In this document: one piece after another, positions 61,762 to 64,000 of the stretch
Layout: each line of letters opens with the position of its first letter
Position numbering within the stretch: position 1 is the first letter of the stretch
DNA from: Laetmonice hystrix
Lineage: Eukaryota
Assembly (NCBI GenBank): GCA_965235115.1
Contig: OZ249445.1
Location: 14,818,001-14,882,000, forward strand
Direction: 5' to 3'
Length of the DNA stretch: 64,000 nucleotides
The notes under the pieces: model-generated
What the model was told of the DNA's origin: nothing
Seen by the model: the letters and a program-made list of their open reading frames with translations, nothing else
Database searches by the model: none
Translations under genes and position numbers: made by a program

Positions 61762-63162
61762 CATCTGTAGCAGATAACAACGTAACGATCGACTGGTATG
61801 GATCCGATAGTCAGTCACAATTCAATAGGTACAACATGTATAAGCCAAGCTTAGACCAGCCAATCAGACGCATGTACGTTTACTTAAGTAAGCTTTACCC
61901 AAGTTGAGAATTTTCGAGATCTATACTTGTGTCATGCTTGGTATGTGGTTAGGTCAATAAATTGTCAGTCGGAATGACTTAGGAAGGGGGCTATATGTGA
62001 AAGTGACCAAGGCGGTCGATATAACAATACCGTTTCGCACGGATCGGTAACGCCTTTCCTGTCTGCCACCTTTTTTTGTTATCTGAAACAACGCTGGGCA
62101 TGCAACACCTACAGGTGGCCCTCCCACTGTCTATAGAAACGACTGATTGGGGATTAGGGCCCTGGGTAAATTGCGAACTCGTGCATGAATTGGGTAAGCC
62201 TGGCTCAGCCGGCTGGAACCCCTGGAGTAAAACAAACAGTTGTTTAACACGTCAGCCATGGCATGAAGACTTCTGTAGAAGGTAAATCTGAAAGACAACC
62301 ATTGGTCAAGTATCTATTTCTGTATGAGGAAGGTATATTCTAGGATTGGTAGCTGACCATTCACTCATTTAAAAGGATTACTCGCATCGGATGCAATAGG
62401 CCAGAGATTTGCATAAGGCTTGAAATACTCAGATATAGGTAATACATGTAATTCCAAATCGGTAATATATTAATCGGGAATTTGTATGAATCCCTAGTTC
62501 TGTTTGAGCGGATCTAAGTGAAAAGTGGTCGATTTGGCGGGTGTCCCTCCGTCTACCTCAATGTGAAGTGGACAGCGTATAGACAGGATTTGTATTATAT
62601 ATCTATACATAGTCACCAGACCGAGTAGACCTGGCAGAGCAACCTGGCCAGGTAAGTTCAAGGGGTTGCCACTAGGGGCGCTCTCAGCTCCACCGAGAAC
62701 CTTGACCGAATGATCACCAGCCAGGGCACTCGGCTCATATAGGCCGATTCCTACGGTATCATACCAGATAGGCATTCCGGAAACAGCCGAGGGTTTCCGA
62801 ATGCAGCCATGGCGAAGACGGTCGGGCGTGAGGATCGGATAGAAAGTCCGTGGGGTCCCGAGTTCCCGCTTGTTATGAGTGCGTCGACAGGGTGAGGAGA
62901 AAGTATGCACCGGGTTCAGTGCTGGCAATGCATGTGTCACTGTGTATTATGATAGGCCTGTGGTATACGGTAGTGACCGTGTGGATTATGTCAGGGCAGT
63001 GGGTTTCTTGGATCTTATAGACCTATATCTGTGAGTAGTATTTGAATATTGTTTTACGTAGAAGCGCGAATAGAATTTATAGACATGAGTTTCGATATTT
63101 ATCATCTTTATTGCAATGACAAAGAGTATCACTCGACCTGCAATGTTCGACTGTTGATAAGA

Positions 63163-63313
63163 GATAAAACTTCGTAATATTGGAATGCAGGCCTATCGTA
63201 AAATAATAAAACTTCGTAATATTACAATGTATCGTAAAATAATAAAACTTCGTAATACTGGAATGTATCGGAAAATAATAAAACTTCGTAATATTGGAAT
63301 GCATCGTAAAATA
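63163..63313. repeat. 36-bp AT-rich tandem repeat, about 4 copies
   Basis: Unit AAAATAATAAAACTTCGTAATATTGGAATGTATCGT; 12-aa periodicity in ORF 63185-63373. Confidence 0.9.
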
Positions 63314-64000
63314 ACACAACTATTGGTTGTTCGGTTATCGGTGTCCGTGTCTGGATGTGATTACAACATATAGAAATGTCCGAAGTGACCACGTTATGGG
63401 ACCTTTTTTATAGCAGTGGTATGATATCTTAACTGGGTGAGAAAGATAACGTTTTGTGTTCGATATTTCTAACTCCAGCTGCGCAGTGGGTAAATCGTTC
63501 CCAGCCATTCAGGCGCAGTGCATGGTAAGGTGGAGGGTATTGTGTGCACGTCAAGGAAAGTTCACGCCCGTATACGGCGTCACTTTCTACCGATCTGCAC
63601 ACAGTATGAAGTTATGGTTTGAATTACCTACCGGCCGAGAAACATTGTTCGATTAATTGACAGATGTTTTTGCTATTGTGTACATACTTGTTGTGCTGAT
63701 TTGGTTATCAAGCAAAGAACTGTTGTCTTTTCATTTGTAGGCCTATAGCTGTTCATGTTGAGAAATCTATTGGTAATGTCAGACGTAATTATTGTGTTGG
63801 CATGTTAAATTACAAGCCTTATAATGAGAAGCAGGTTGCTCTTGAAATGACGTGTAGGCCTATAACACATGACTCATTTAATTTTGACACCAAATCACAG
63901 AAGTAGGGTTAATTTCGGATAATACTATTACTATTATTAGGCCCTATATGCTATTAAAATTACCAATGATATCATGGTCTCGAGATATTTCATAGCCATA

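Overview
Eukaryotic, intron-rich genomic DNA, probably from an invertebrate metazoan (inferred from spliced genes, MITEs and many minisatellites). Main content: (1) an intact plus-strand SNX9/18/33-family sorting nexin (SH3-PX-BAR). I resolved 14 phase-compatible coding exons from 25748 to 41389 (539 aa); the exon(s) for the first half of the SH3 domain were not found in the window. (2) A 6.1-kb DIRS1-type tyrosine-recombinase retrotransposon (19061-25169) with complete inverted terminal repeats and internal complementary region, but disabled gag, RT/RNaseH/methyltransferase and recombinase ORFs. (3) A candidate multi-exon minus-strand gene of unknown family (about 8.7-18.6 kb). Its downstream exons carry frameshifts or stops, and several of its introns contain large GC-rich minisatellites. 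(4) Decayed Penelope-like fragments, several MITEs, at least eight minisatellite arrays, CTCF-like motif clusters, a few weak orphan exon candidates in 47-63 kb, and one 141-N assembly gap. No rRNA, tRNA or CRISPR array was recognised.
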